Translations under genes and position numbers: made by a program
The notes under the pieces: model-generated
Databases searched by the model: none
What the model was told of the DNA's origin: nothing
What the model saw: the letters and a program-made list of their open reading frames with translations, nothing else
Origin: a virus
Taxonomy: Duplodnaviria > Caudoviricetes
Virus record (IMG/VR): IMGVR_UViG_3300037424_002898
Location: 1-43,893 of that record
Length of the DNA: 43,893 nt
Reading direction: 5' to 3' (one strand)
In this document: positions 27,763-36,273 of the stretch, in pieces
Layout of the letters: each line of letters opens with the position of its first letter
Numbering within the stretch: the stretch's first letter is position 1

Positions 27763-27968
27763 GACTTGACCTCCTCGGCCTCAAAAAGTTGGATTTCGAC
27801 GTGCTTCACCTCATCCTCAAGGCCGCGCAGGATGAGGTGAAAACCGAATTCACCGGCAACGCTGAATTCAAAAGGCTTGTGCTGGGAAAAGGCGTCGCCG
27901 AGAAAGGCGAGCTTGGCGGAGACTTGATTGAGGACTTCGGCGGGGTCTTCGTTCGGGCGGGTACACAT
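27759..27968 (-). CDS. Small protein at the icd/kil position, coupled to the antirepressor
   Basis: ATG 27968 with AGGAGA SD; ATGA overlap with the ORF6N gene. Confidence 0.65.
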   Translation of the reverse strand: MCTRPNEDPAEVLNQVSAKLAFLGDAFSQHKPFEFSVAGEFGFHLILRGLEDEVKHVEIQLFEAEEVKS

Positions 27969-28024
27969 AGGCAATCTCCTAGTTGGGGTTGAAACAACCC
28001 TGTTCCCGCTTCCAAACGGAAAAA

Positions 28025-28094
28025 GGGCGCCATGCGGGTTGGAAGACCGGCCAACTAGGCAACCGGCGAGCACGAGGCTCCCCGCATGACGCCC
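28025..28094 (-). ncRNA. C4/CI-like antisense RNA core
   Basis: 14-bp closing stem enclosing CTAGTTGG and CTTCCAA, complementary to target boxes up- and downstream. Confidence 0.7.
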
Positions 28095-28211
28095 AACTAG
28101 AGCACCATGCAATGGACACAAAAAAACCGCCGAAAAAGCGAGGCGGTGTGTCCGCCTAGTTTGGTTTCGGGCTTCCAATCCCGACCGCTGGATTTTGCCA
28201 GCGGCAGAGAA

Positions 28212-28240
28212 ACGGTAGCCCATCGCGGTTTCTGTGTCAA
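28212..28240 (-). promoter_or_regulatory. Sigma70-type promoter of the C4/antirepressor module
   Basis: TTGACA-17bp-TACCGT. Confidence 0.7.
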
Positions 28241-28252
28241 GTCGTCTTTGAT

Positions 28253-28570
28253 TCATGTGCCGAACAGATCGAGCTGATTGGGGTCGATGCCGTGGTTGCG
28301 CTCGTAGGTGTTGTTGCGGATCAGGTATTCGACCAGCTCGTCGAACCGGACCCGGCGGGTCCGTTGCAGCATGTAGCTGTCGAGGCAGTCGGGGTAGCGC
28401 AGCTGGTCCGTTCCGGGATCCCGCTCGCAGCGGGCCAGCAGTCGCCAGTAGGTACTCTCGCTGCAGCCGAGGATGGCCTGCACCTCTCCGGGAGAGTAGC
28501 TGGCCTTCTTGTGCAGGCCGGAGGCTCTCAACATTCCTTCCAGTTTTTTTTCTGCCCGTTCCTTGACCAT
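28253..28570 (-). CDS. Excisionase-like HTH DNA-binding protein (candidate late regulator)
   Basis: YSPGEVQAILGCSESTYWRL..RRVRFDELVEYL; follows gemA, where Mor/C usually lies. Confidence 0.65.
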   Translation of the reverse strand: MVKERAEKKLEGMLRASGLHKKASYSPGEVQAILGCSESTYWRLLARCERDPGTDQLRYPDCLDSYMLQRTRRVRFDELVEYLIRNNTYERNHGIDPNQLDLFGT

Positions 28571-28586
28571 GGGAACGCCCCTCTGT

Positions 28587-29147
28587 TTATCGCTTGTAAA
28601 CCTTGCCCATCGAATCCCGAAACTCCGCCGGCGCGTGGCGGTGGATGTACTCCTCGATCTCCGGAGCGTGGCGCATCGTCCACCACTCCGGGCCGTGGGC
28701 TTTGACCATGCCGTTTTCGAACATCTTTTTCAATGCCTCTATGGCCAGATACGCCTCCCGGGCAGTGCGCACCCGGCCGCCCTTGATGGCCAGGCGCTTC
28801 TCCAAAAAGAGCGCCAGTCCGTTCGCCACCCGCCAGCGGATCAACGAGGCGACGGCGTTGAGCTTGTCGATCTCGGCGGCGCTGGCCAGGTGCACCACGT
28901 TTTTCCCTTTGACCCGCTTGGCCGGGCGCGGGTGGCGCGAGACCACCCGGAAACCCCGGGCCTTGAACTCCTCGAGGAGCTCGTCAGCCTCGACGGCACT
29001 CAGATCCTTGCTCGATTCGGCCTTGAACATCTCGTGCAGCATGTCGCGGTAGGTGTCGTCATCGATCCCCAGTTCGCCCTTGGCGACGTGGATCAGCGTG
29101 ACCTGCTGCCGGGTAATCGGACTTTTAACGCCTGCCTTTCTGGTCAT
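28587..29147 (-). CDS. gemA: GemA/gp16 (DUF1018) family regulator
   Basis: LIHVAKGELGIDDDTYRDML..SSKDLS..GF; AIEALKKM. Confidence 0.88.
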   Translation of the reverse strand: MTRKAGVKSPITRQQVTLIHVAKGELGIDDDTYRDMLHEMFKAESSKDLSAVEADELLEEFKARGFRVVSRHPRPAKRVKGKNVVHLASAAEIDKLNAVASLIRWRVANGLALFLEKRLAIKGGRVRTAREAYLAIEALKKMFENGMVKAHGPEWWTMRHAPEIEEYIHRHAPAEFRDSMGKVYKR

Positions 29148-29205
29148 CTTCTGGTTCTCCGTTGCGTCGTTGCGTCGTCGCGTGAGGTGGGGGGTGCTTG
29201 TCTGT

Positions 29206-29481
29206 TTAACCCTCAGAATCTTCTGTCAACTGCTTCAGCTCTTTGGTGAGCCTATTCCGAAGCGACTCAAGACCCGCAGCTTTTGCCCCCGGGCACAGGC
29301 ATGAACCATGCTCACTGTAGGTGCAATCTTCGCTACCATCGGGCGGCATCATAGGGCAGAGTGCAAACCAGCACGCTTCCACACCCACACAATCAAAGCT
29401 GATCTGGAATCCGCCCTCGTAGAGGGTTGCCAAGATATTTGCAGTTTTGGTGGGCTTTTTGACCCCCGCTCGTCTGGTCAT
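29206..29481 (-). CDS. Cys-rich hypothetical protein
   Basis: Start MTRRAG overlaps the upstream stop (ATGA). Confidence 0.55.
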   Translation of the reverse strand: MTRRAGVKKPTKTANILATLYEGGFQISFDCVGVEACWFALCPMMPPDGSEDCTYSEHGSCLCPGAKAAGLESLRNRLTKELKQLTEDSEG

Positions 29482-29639
29482 CTCTCTTCCCCTTTGACGT
29501 CTTCCGGGGTGACGACGAAGGGTGTCCGCTCCCGGAACTCCTCCTTTTTCCCCTTGTTCCACTGCTGCACCGGCCGAAAAAACCCGCACACCCGCGACCA
29601 GACCTCAGTCTTACCGTCGCACATCTTCGGCGTGTTCAA
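29478..29639 (-). CDS. Stand-alone NrdD C-terminal (glycyl-radical loop) mini-protein, 53 aa
   Basis: MNTPKMCDGKTEVWSRVCGFFRPVQQWNKGKKEEFRERTPF..; TTG start and TGA stop both overlap neighbours by 4 nt. Confidence 0.8.
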   Translation of the reverse strand: MNTPKMCDGKTEVWSRVCGFFRPVQQWNKGKKEEFRERTPFVVTPEDVKGEER

Positions 29640-29893
29640 CCCTTCACCCCCACCAACTCGTAGCCGTACACCCGGCGGCCGCGTTTCTTTCCCAGGGCGT
29701 GCGTCCGGATCAGGATGTCATTCTTGCGCAGCGCCGCGATGTCGCTGTGCACGGCCTGCGACCGGGTGGCGCGGCGGATCGTCGCCGTGGTGCGGATCCC
29801 GCCCTGCTGCAGCACGGCCAACGTCTCCTTCAGACGCTCGCTGGTCTCGATGCTGCCGTAGTGCATTCCCTTTTGCTCCTTGCTCTCCTCCAT
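29636..29893 (-). CDS. Putative winged-helix protein
   Basis: RLKETLAVLQ..TTATIR..AVHSDIAALR; GGAGG RBS. Confidence 0.55.
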   Translation of the reverse strand: MEESKEQKGMHYGSIETSERLKETLAVLQQGGIRTTATIRRATRSQAVHSDIAALRKNDILIRTHALGKKRGRRVYGYELVGVKG

Positions 29894-29894
29894 C

Positions 29895-30137
29895 TCACAC
29901 CTCCTCCAGGTTGACCGGGTCGGGCCAGGGGGACGGTTGTCCCGGCATGGCCTTGGCATCGACTTCCAAATACTCTCTGCACAGGCCGCCGGCGCCCATG
30001 ATGGCGCAGGCTCGGCGGGGAATGTACGGAGCGGGGTGCGTCGGGTGACGGCACCACTTCTCCAGGGCCTTCCAACCGAAGTAACGACAGGTGCCGCAGA
30101 GAAAATCCGGCTTTTTGATCGGGACCACAGCGGCCAT
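29895..30137 (-). CDS. Cys-rich hypothetical protein
   Basis: CGTCRYF..WC..C..C. Confidence 0.55.
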   Translation of the reverse strand: MAAVVPIKKPDFLCGTCRYFGWKALEKWCRHPTHPAPYIPRRACAIMGAGGLCREYLEVDAKAMPGQPSPWPDPVNLEEV

Positions 30138-30273
30138 CGTCAGATCCTAAAAAATCCCCGGGGGCCAGGAGGAAACACCCCCGGGGCAAATTGGCTGCAT
30201 CATCAGGCCCGGGGCACCACCCCCGGGCGACCCGATCACTTTGCCGGCGTCGGCAAAATGATCGGGTTTCGCG

Positions 30274-30477
30274 TCAGTCCTTCGGTCCGTCCGGCAACGG
30301 CCTCCAGTGGGTCACCGACCCCGGGGCAAAGGCATGCCCCCATCGGTCACACCACCCCTGTTCCGCGTAGTCGAAAAAGGCGACCTCCATCGTGCCGTCC
30401 GCAAACTGCGCCAGGACGTCGTCGCTTCCACCCTCATCACCCTCTGCAGGAAGGGTCGTGACCGGACTCCATCCCAT
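30274..30477 (-). CDS. DUF551-like protein
   Basis: WSPV..LP..VL..VTHWRPLP. Confidence 0.75.
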   Translation of the reverse strand: MGWSPVTTLPAEGDEGGSDDVLAQFADGTMEVAFFDYAEQGWCDRWGHAFAPGSVTHWRPLPDGPKD

Positions 30478-30710
30478 CAGATCACCTCCCTCAGCCGCCG
30501 CTTGTCCGCCCAGGCGTCCAGGTTGGTCTGCAGCTGCACCGGGTCGGCCATCGGCGGCAGGAGGGGGCTCTTGATCCGGCGGGTACTGACCGATCCGGGG
30601 CGACGGTATCCGACGATCCAGTCGCCGCCGAGGCCCGGGCAGACGCCGATCTGTTGCGTTCCGTCACCGGGGGTGGGGTAGAGGTATCCTTTCCCGAAAA
30701 ATCCCGCCAT
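30477..30710 (-). CDS. Hypothetical protein
   Basis: Coupled ORF (TGATG overlaps). Confidence 0.55.
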   Translation of the reverse strand: MAGFFGKGYLYPTPGDGTQQIGVCPGLGGDWIVGYRRPGSVSTRRIKSPLLPPMADPVQLQTNLDAWADKRRLREVI

Positions 30711-30910
30711 CACGCCACTCTCCTTTTCTCGATCGGCATGCCGTGGAGCACCAGCATCATCTCCAGGGCGTTGATGTTTCCTTCGGCGACACCTTGCTCG
30801 CGCTCGGTTTTCGCCGCGGCAAGCTGCGCCTCCCAGTGGTTGAGCTGATGGCCGATGGCCGTCACGTCAAGCGGGACATTCCGGCGAATCCTGACAAACC
30901 GTTTTTCCAT
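30710..30910 (-). CDS. Hypothetical protein
   Basis: Start MEKRF after AGGAGG. Confidence 0.55.
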   Translation of the reverse strand: MEKRFVRIRRNVPLDVTAIGHQLNHWEAQLAAAKTEREQGVAEGNINALEMMLVLHGMPIEKRRVA

Positions 30911-31052
30911 GACCCCTCCTGTTTTTGATGATGTTGACCTGCCGGGCACCCGCCCGGACAGCCTGCTGCATCATGTAATCCTGGGCGCGTTCGCGATCGG
31001 AAAAAGACACAAAGCCGATGGTGACACCCATGCGCCGGGGAGTTTGGGGCAT
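30867..31052 (-). CDS. Hypothetical protein
   Basis: TGATG coupling to gam. Confidence 0.45.
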   Translation of the reverse strand: MPQTPRRMGVTIGFVSFSDRERAQDYMMQQAVRAGARQVNIIKNRRGHGKTVCQDSPECPA

Positions 31053-31549
31053 CAGGCCACCTCCCTGATCCGTTCCTGATTGATCTCGTAGCCGAAGACA
31101 TCTTCAGTCTTGAGCGAGGCGCCAACGGCCGCCAGGGTCTCTGTCGAGAGGTTCTTCATCGCCTCCTTGTCCGGCTCCTCCTTGATCCGGATGCAGTGGG
31201 TGAGGTTCAGGTCCTTGAGGGCCTGCAGCGTGTCGGCGATGCGCTTGATCAGCACCCGGGTCGAGAGGCGGAAGCCCACGCTACCAAAGGTGAGGGGACG
31301 GCTTTTGACTTTGGCGAACTCGGCCCGGTTGGCCTCGCAAAATTCCTTGATCGCCAGCTCCAGGGCGCTCTTCTTCTCGAGCAGGGGGGCGGCAGCGGCT
31401 TTTGTTTCTGCCTTGACGCGGTCGATCTCCTCATTGGCCCCCGACTCGATCAGGCCCACCTCACGATCAAGCAGACCGATCTGGCCCAGAGCGTCGTCCA
31501 CCTGATCCCAATTCTCCAGGGCCGTGCCCGAGAGTCTCTTCCTTGCCAT
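31052..31549 (-). CDS. gam: Host-nuclease inhibitor Gam
   Basis: WDQVDDAL..FCEANR..LTFGSVGFR..IRIKEEPDKEA. Confidence 0.92.
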   Translation of the reverse strand: MARKRLSGTALENWDQVDDALGQIGLLDREVGLIESGANEEIDRVKAETKAAAAPLLEKKSALELAIKEFCEANRAEFAKVKSRPLTFGSVGFRLSTRVLIKRIADTLQALKDLNLTHCIRIKEEPDKEAMKNLSTETLAAVGASLKTEDVFGYEINQERIREVA

Positions 31550-31688
31550 TGTTGCTGCTCCTTTCTTCGTCAGGGCCGGGTCCGAACATCTCGGCGAACT
31601 CCAGCCGGTTGATCTGCCAGGCGATCATCAGCACAGCGCCGATGACAGCCCCGAAACTTGCCGATGCGATACACCAGATAACGACCAT
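31467..31688 (-). CDS. Small membrane hypothetical protein
   Basis: MVVIWCIASASFGAVIGAVLMIAW after GGAGGA; overlaps both neighbours. Confidence 0.4.
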   Translation of the reverse strand: MVVIWCIASASFGAVIGAVLMIAWQINRLEFAEMFGPGPDEERSSNNGKEETLGHGPGELGSGGRRSGPDRSA

Positions 31689-32197
31689 TTCCTCCTCCTG
31701 TGATGGGCAGAAAGACTCGTTTGCATCCCGACGCCCGGCACACCCTGGGCCGGGTCTTTGATCCAGTGGCCATTGACGATGATGCCGTGGCCGAGCCGAG
31801 CCAGGATCTCCCCGGAAGCACGGTGTCCTTCTGAGGCAAGAGCCTCCAGTCCGGCCATCAACTCCCCCTCGGTCGCCTCCGGAGAGCGGCGCTCTGCTGG
31901 AATGAAATCTCCCCTGGAGCCGAGGTCGATCGGCTCGGCCTCTTCCGTGATTGGTGCTCCGGCAAAGTGGCAGGTGTAGGGGCTCTGCCCCTTCGGGGAG
32001 CGCGGCTTTCTCTCGGCACGTTTCCCTCTGGAGGGTTCTCTGCGGGCCGGCAGAGGCGCGACGCCCTCCACGCGATCGGAACAAGGGCAGTTCATCCGTT
32101 CCTTTTTCTGGTAGGCGGAGCACATCTCGCGACTGATCCGCGCCCGGAAGGGACGGCAATCTATTGTGTTTTGTTCAATCCATTCAGCCACGTCCAT
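31628..32197 (-). CDS. Hypothetical protein with N-terminal Cys cluster
   Basis: Follows ATPase; GGAGG RBS. Confidence 0.55.
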   Translation of the reverse strand: MDVAEWIEQNTIDCRPFRARISREMCSAYQKKERMNCPCSDRVEGVAPLPARREPSRGKRAERKPRSPKGQSPYTCHFAGAPITEEAEPIDLGSRGDFIPAERRSPEATEGELMAGLEALASEGHRASGEILARLGHGIIVNGHWIKDPAQGVPGVGMQTSLSAHHRRRKWSLSGVSHRQVSGLSSALC

Positions 32198-32207
32198 CGC
32201 CCCCTCC

Positions 32208-33443
32208 TTAAAGCGCCTGAACGACGTCGGCGGTGATCTTGCCTTCGCCCAGGTCGTAGGCCAGGTTCATCGCCCGGGTCACATAGAGGTTGACGGTGAG
32301 CGGGTAGGCGGTGGAGATGTTTTTGCCACGCTCATCCTTAGTGGTAAGCCGCTCCTGCAGCAGGGTCAGTGCGTCGGGCTCGATGATAGTGTCGAGCTTA
32401 CCGCCGACGGCGGCGACCTTCTTCTCCAGATAGGCGCGGACGTTGGTGAGCCCTTGGATGCAGGCGATCTGACAGCGGCGGATCACCTCGCGCATCTCGG
32501 GGTGGTAACGCTCATCGAGCAGACCGCCGAGCTCGGTCTGGCCGATGACGATGATCCCGAGCAGTTTCTTGTAGCCGGTGGCGTCTTCGAGTTCGTGGAG
32601 TTGCTTCAGGGTTTTGAACGCCGGGACGGTGAGCTGGTGGGCCTCTTCGATGATCAAACAACACCGCCCGTTCTGCTGATTGCGCTCCATAAGCAGCCGG
32701 CGGACTTGCCGGGCCTTGTGTTCGTGCTTGATTTTGGGCGCTTCGGTCGAGATGCTCATGATGATGGCGTCGCACAGGCTGGCCGAGCCGATCCGCTGTT
32801 TATCGAGGATCTGGGGATAGACGATATGCAGGTCGCCTTCGCCGCGCAGCACCTCGACCACCCGCTTGCGCATGATAGTCTTGCCACTGCCGACCTCCCC
32901 GACGATGGCAAGAAAGCCGCTGTGCTTGGCCGCGTCGAGCATGGCGGCTTCGATGTAGCGATGGTCGTCATCCATGTAGATGTCGGATGCGCGCTGCACG
33001 TCATTGATGAACGGACCGCGGAACAATTTAAAATGCTTGAGTGCCTCCGGTTTGACCATTTCAACCTCCCTGATGGTGATGGTTTCGGGGTTCCCCGGCA
33101 TCATGGCCGGGCCCTTTCTGTTTTTCGAACGTTGCGCGTGACCGTCCGGCATGGAATTCCGCAGGTCCTGTCCCAGCGGCTGCCAAATATCGCGCGGAGA
33201 GAGCCGGCGATCCTGCAAAAAAGCCATAGCCTTGGGGTTCTGCCGCACGACCTCTTCGATTGCGGGTTTAAACCCGGTCATGGTTTTCGGCACATAGCCC
33301 CGGTTCAGACAGAGGTTGATCGTCGGCCGACTGGCCTCGGTCGCCTCGGCCAGGGCGGTCTGGCTGATCCCTGCGGCCAGGACCAGCGCCTTGAGCAGGA
33401 TGGGCGAAAACTCCATTTGATAGGCGCTTGCCCCCTTGGTCAC
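32208..33443 (-). CDS. Transposition AAA+ ATPase (ExeA-like, MuB equivalent) with N-terminal HTH
   Basis: GEVGSGKT Walker A, LIIEEAH Walker B, IGQTEL; GTG start inferred. Confidence 0.9.
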   Translation of the reverse strand: MTKGASAYQMEFSPILLKALVLAAGISQTALAEATEASRPTINLCLNRGYVPKTMTGFKPAIEEVVRQNPKAMAFLQDRRLSPRDIWQPLGQDLRNSMPDGHAQRSKNRKGPAMMPGNPETITIREVEMVKPEALKHFKLFRGPFINDVQRASDIYMDDDHRYIEAAMLDAAKHSGFLAIVGEVGSGKTIMRKRVVEVLRGEGDLHIVYPQILDKQRIGSASLCDAIIMSISTEAPKIKHEHKARQVRRLLMERNQQNGRCCLIIEEAHQLTVPAFKTLKQLHELEDATGYKKLLGIIVIGQTELGGLLDERYHPEMREVIRRCQIACIQGLTNVRAYLEKKVAAVGGKLDTIIEPDALTLLQERLTTKDERGKNISTAYPLTVNLYVTRAMNLAYDLGEGKITADVVQAL

Positions 33444-33610
33444 CGCGTCACCTCGACAAAACTGGTCGACGTCATGGCGCAGACGCCGGTGTAGTCGCAG
33501 GCGCTGTGGCTGATCACCACCTGCACCAGGTTGAGTTCGGGGGCATCCTCGCAAACGTCGAGGTGAAAGCTGGCCTCCTTAAGAGATTGCCGACAACGTG
33601 GACATTCCAT
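33440..33610 (-). CDS. Small Cys-containing protein (56 aa)
   Basis: MECPRC.. after AGGAGG; stop overlaps the ATPase start. Confidence 0.55.
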   Translation of the reverse strand: MECPRCRQSLKEASFHLDVCEDAPELNLVQVVISHSACDYTGVCAMTSTSFVEVTR

Positions 33611-33670
33611 GGTTTGACCTCCTGTGTTTGTCCCGCCCCCTCCTGAATCAGGAGGAGACCGGGGGTGGTA

Positions 33671-35350
33671 TTACAGCGCCGCCCGGGCGGGCTCGACCTG
33701 GCGCCAGTCCTGCTTTTCGCCGAGTGCGGCGACGACCGCTTCCGCTTTTTTGACGTCGATCGAGGTTCCGAATTCGGCGCGCAGTTCGTGATTCAGGGTC
33801 TGGGTCATCGGGATGTCGGCGGCGCGCAGCCGCTTGAAGAGCTCCATGATCGGGATCTCCTGGACAACGATCTCGCGGCCGAGTTCCATGGGGGTGCTGC
33901 GCCGGGGGATGGGGGTGAGGTTGGCGACCTTGTCGGCCTGATTGCCGTAGACCACCGTGCCGGCGAAAGGCGTGGCGCCGCGTTTTTTCTCCTCGCCGTA
34001 GGCGATATTCTCGAAGCGCTTGGCCGCCTGCTGCGTGGCCGTCTCAGGCTGGGCCCGGAACTCTTCGCCGATATGCACCGCGTCGGCCGGAAATCCCCCC
34101 AGGGTGGCCGGCAGCATTTCGACCGGCTCGACCAGGTATTCCACGTCGTGAAAGAGCACTCCCACCTGCTCGTGCCAGGGGCGCAGGGTGACCAGCACTT
34201 TGATGCCGGGGCGAATGCCCTCGATGTGGCGCAGCCGGTAGGTTTTGCCCATGAAGGCGATCGACCGCGTGCCGTCGACGGTGCGCTCCTCGGCGGGCCG
34301 CGCATAAAGCTGCTGAAAGACCTCGAAGGTGGTCACCCGCAGGCGCTCGGGCTTGATCTGCAGCCAGCAGGCGGTGCGGGGCATCTTGGTGCGGGTGTGC
34401 TTGCGAGTCGCCTGGAAATGAATCATCCAGTCCTGAGCCCAGGCGTTGAGCTGCTCGACGCTAGTGGCCGGCTGGATCTTAAGGCCGCTTTCGAACCACT
34501 GCTCTATGACGTTGTGCATCGTCTCGACGGCCCCTTGCCGACGGGGATTGTGCGGCAGACCCTCGGGAGTCTTTACGCCGAGGCGGTCGAACATGGCCTG
34601 CATCGGCTTGGAGAGGGCAGCGCTTCCGGCGTCCCAGAGCATGAAGAAGGGCACCCCGTGAAAGGGCAGGCGAACGTCCTCCTTCGGCAGCCATCCCTCG
34701 CAAAGAAAGTCGAAGAGGTTGTTCGCCGTCTCGCCGGTGGTGTCGTAATATTTAAGATGAAAAGCGCCGCTGAAGTGGTCGACCAGCAGGTAGCGCAGCA
34801 GCCGGGTTTTGATCTTTTTGAAGTTGTCGGGCTTATTTTTGTAAAACTCGCTCTCGCGCATCAGGCGCAGCTTGCCGCCCTTGAGGTAGTACTGGATGCA
34901 AACCGACACGTCGACCAGGTGCACCTCGTTGGGGTACAGACTCCTCATCTCGACGTGGGGGGTCGCTTCGCGCAGGTGCTTCTTGCTGATCTCCCGCTCG
35001 CGAAGTATCTGCTGCATGCGGGCCGCGCTGATCTGTCCACGCTCGATGATGCCGTTGTCCTCTGCGATCTGGATAGCCCGCTCCACCGGCATGATGCCTC
35101 CCTTATTGTCGCGGGCGGTGGCATGGATGAGGGCGGCGATGTATTCGACCTGCTCGTCGGTCAGGCCGCTCTTAAGCTCGCCTTTATCAACGCGGGGCTT
35201 GCGGTCGGAGTCGAAGCCGTGTTTCTTGGCCCGGCGGTAGAGGGTGGACTGGGCAAGGCCAGTCATCTGCGCGTATTCGGCGATAATCCGGTCTTTTTCA
35301 CCGTTGACCGCCTTCTTGAGGCGCTCAACCATTTCCTGCTCCCAGGTCAT
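33671..35350 (-). CDS. DDE transposase (MuA/B3-like)
   Basis: N-terminal HTH, RKPRVDKG, HLVDVS, VDHFSG, WDAGSA, PRRQGAVE. Confidence 0.93.
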   Translation of the reverse strand: MTWEQEMVERLKKAVNGEKDRIIAEYAQMTGLAQSTLYRRAKKHGFDSDRKPRVDKGELKSGLTDEQVEYIAALIHATARDNKGGIMPVERAIQIAEDNGIIERGQISAARMQQILREREISKKHLREATPHVEMRSLYPNEVHLVDVSVCIQYYLKGGKLRLMRESEFYKNKPDNFKKIKTRLLRYLLVDHFSGAFHLKYYDTTGETANNLFDFLCEGWLPKEDVRLPFHGVPFFMLWDAGSAALSKPMQAMFDRLGVKTPEGLPHNPRRQGAVETMHNVIEQWFESGLKIQPATSVEQLNAWAQDWMIHFQATRKHTRTKMPRTACWLQIKPERLRVTTFEVFQQLYARPAEERTVDGTRSIAFMGKTYRLRHIEGIRPGIKVLVTLRPWHEQVGVLFHDVEYLVEPVEMLPATLGGFPADAVHIGEEFRAQPETATQQAAKRFENIAYGEEKKRGATPFAGTVVYGNQADKVANLTPIPRRSTPMELGREIVVQEIPIMELFKRLRAADIPMTQTLNHELRAEFGTSIDVKKAEAVVAALGEKQDWRQVEPARAAL

Positions 35351-35354
35351 GGCT

Positions 35355-36272
35355 TTACTCCTCGGGTTGGGTCCAGGCCTCTTCCGGCGTCATTGCGGCG
35401 CTGCCGAAAATGTCCTGGGCGGTGTCATAGGCGACCAGCAGTTGCTTGCGCATATAGTCCAGGGTGGTCAGATAGGCGGCGACCATGCGCGGGGTGGGGG
35501 GATTGACGTCATCAGCTCGCAATTCAGTGGTGCGCTCAGGGTCGACCTTGAGCATGTACCCATCAAAGCCGATACGCAGGTTTTCCATACGCCTAAGAAA
35601 GGCGTCTTCCCCGGGTTGGAGCCCCTTCTTCGCAGCCTCCCCCTCGAACCGCGCCAGCTCCTTCTCCTGGGTGTGGATCAGCTTCTCTTTGGTTTCAATG
35701 AGGCGGTCCTTGGTGCGCACCGTGGCTTCTTTTTCCCTGATGACCTGGTCCTTGGCGTCGAGGAGACGTTCCATGGCCGCCTGCAGATCCTCGCGGTGGT
35801 CGGCGTCGAGGGGGATCTCCTCGTCGCCGATGACCAGGATGCCGTCTTCGATCTGGAGGGCGCCTTCGTGGGTGAGCTGGCGGAGGCGTTTAATGTCTTT
35901 CGCGCTGACTCGCAAATCCGAAATAATTTCGGAAAACTCCACTCCAAGCGCTTCAAGGTTTTTCAGTTTGTCATCAACGCTATTAGATGAATAACCAACT
36001 GAATTACAAAGCTTTTCCCATGTTCCAACCCCTGGGAGATCTTTGTAAATCTTCGATTCCTTGACCTCTTTGACCCAAAGCAATTCCGAAATATTTCCGA
36101 ATTTGGCGAACATCTTGGCCGCCTGAATCCGGCCGATAGCCTGATGACATTGAGCCATGCGGTGTTCTTTATCGGCCTGCTCCTGTTTGGCCGCTTCCAT
36201 CTGCAGTCGCTCCATGCTGACCGCTTCCAGGGCGGCCTCCGATACCGGGTCGATCTTCTTCTTGCCTGCCAT
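35355..36272 (-). CDS. Conserved early protein upstream of transposase (DUF3102-like, coiled coil)
   Basis: KEVKESKIYK..TWEKLC..G; start MAGKKK after GGAGG. Confidence 0.65.
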   Translation of the reverse strand: MAGKKKIDPVSEAALEAVSMERLQMEAAKQEQADKEHRMAQCHQAIGRIQAAKMFAKFGNISELLWVKEVKESKIYKDLPGVGTWEKLCNSVGYSSNSVDDKLKNLEALGVEFSEIISDLRVSAKDIKRLRQLTHEGALQIEDGILVIGDEEIPLDADHREDLQAAMERLLDAKDQVIREKEATVRTKDRLIETKEKLIHTQEKELARFEGEAAKKGLQPGEDAFLRRMENLRIGFDGYMLKVDPERTTELRADDVNPPTPRMVAAYLTTLDYMRKQLLVAYDTAQDIFGSAAMTPEEAWTQPEE

Positions 36273-36273
36273 C

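Noticed and set aside
27759-28256. 165-aa Ash-like ORF as one protein
   Set aside because: Its 5' part spans the promoter and antisense-RNA elements; the SD-supported start is at 27968. The longer form cannot be fully excluded.
30231-30267. DinD-like peptide DHFAGVGKMI on the plus strand
   Set aside because: Arises from a DNA palindrome with no supporting ORF context.
4719-35506. Long plus-strand ORFs (e.g. 4719..5867, 6389..7804, 14713..16440, 22431..24188, 33665..35506)
   Set aside because: Antisense shadows of recognisable minus-strand genes in high-GC DNA, with no motifs.
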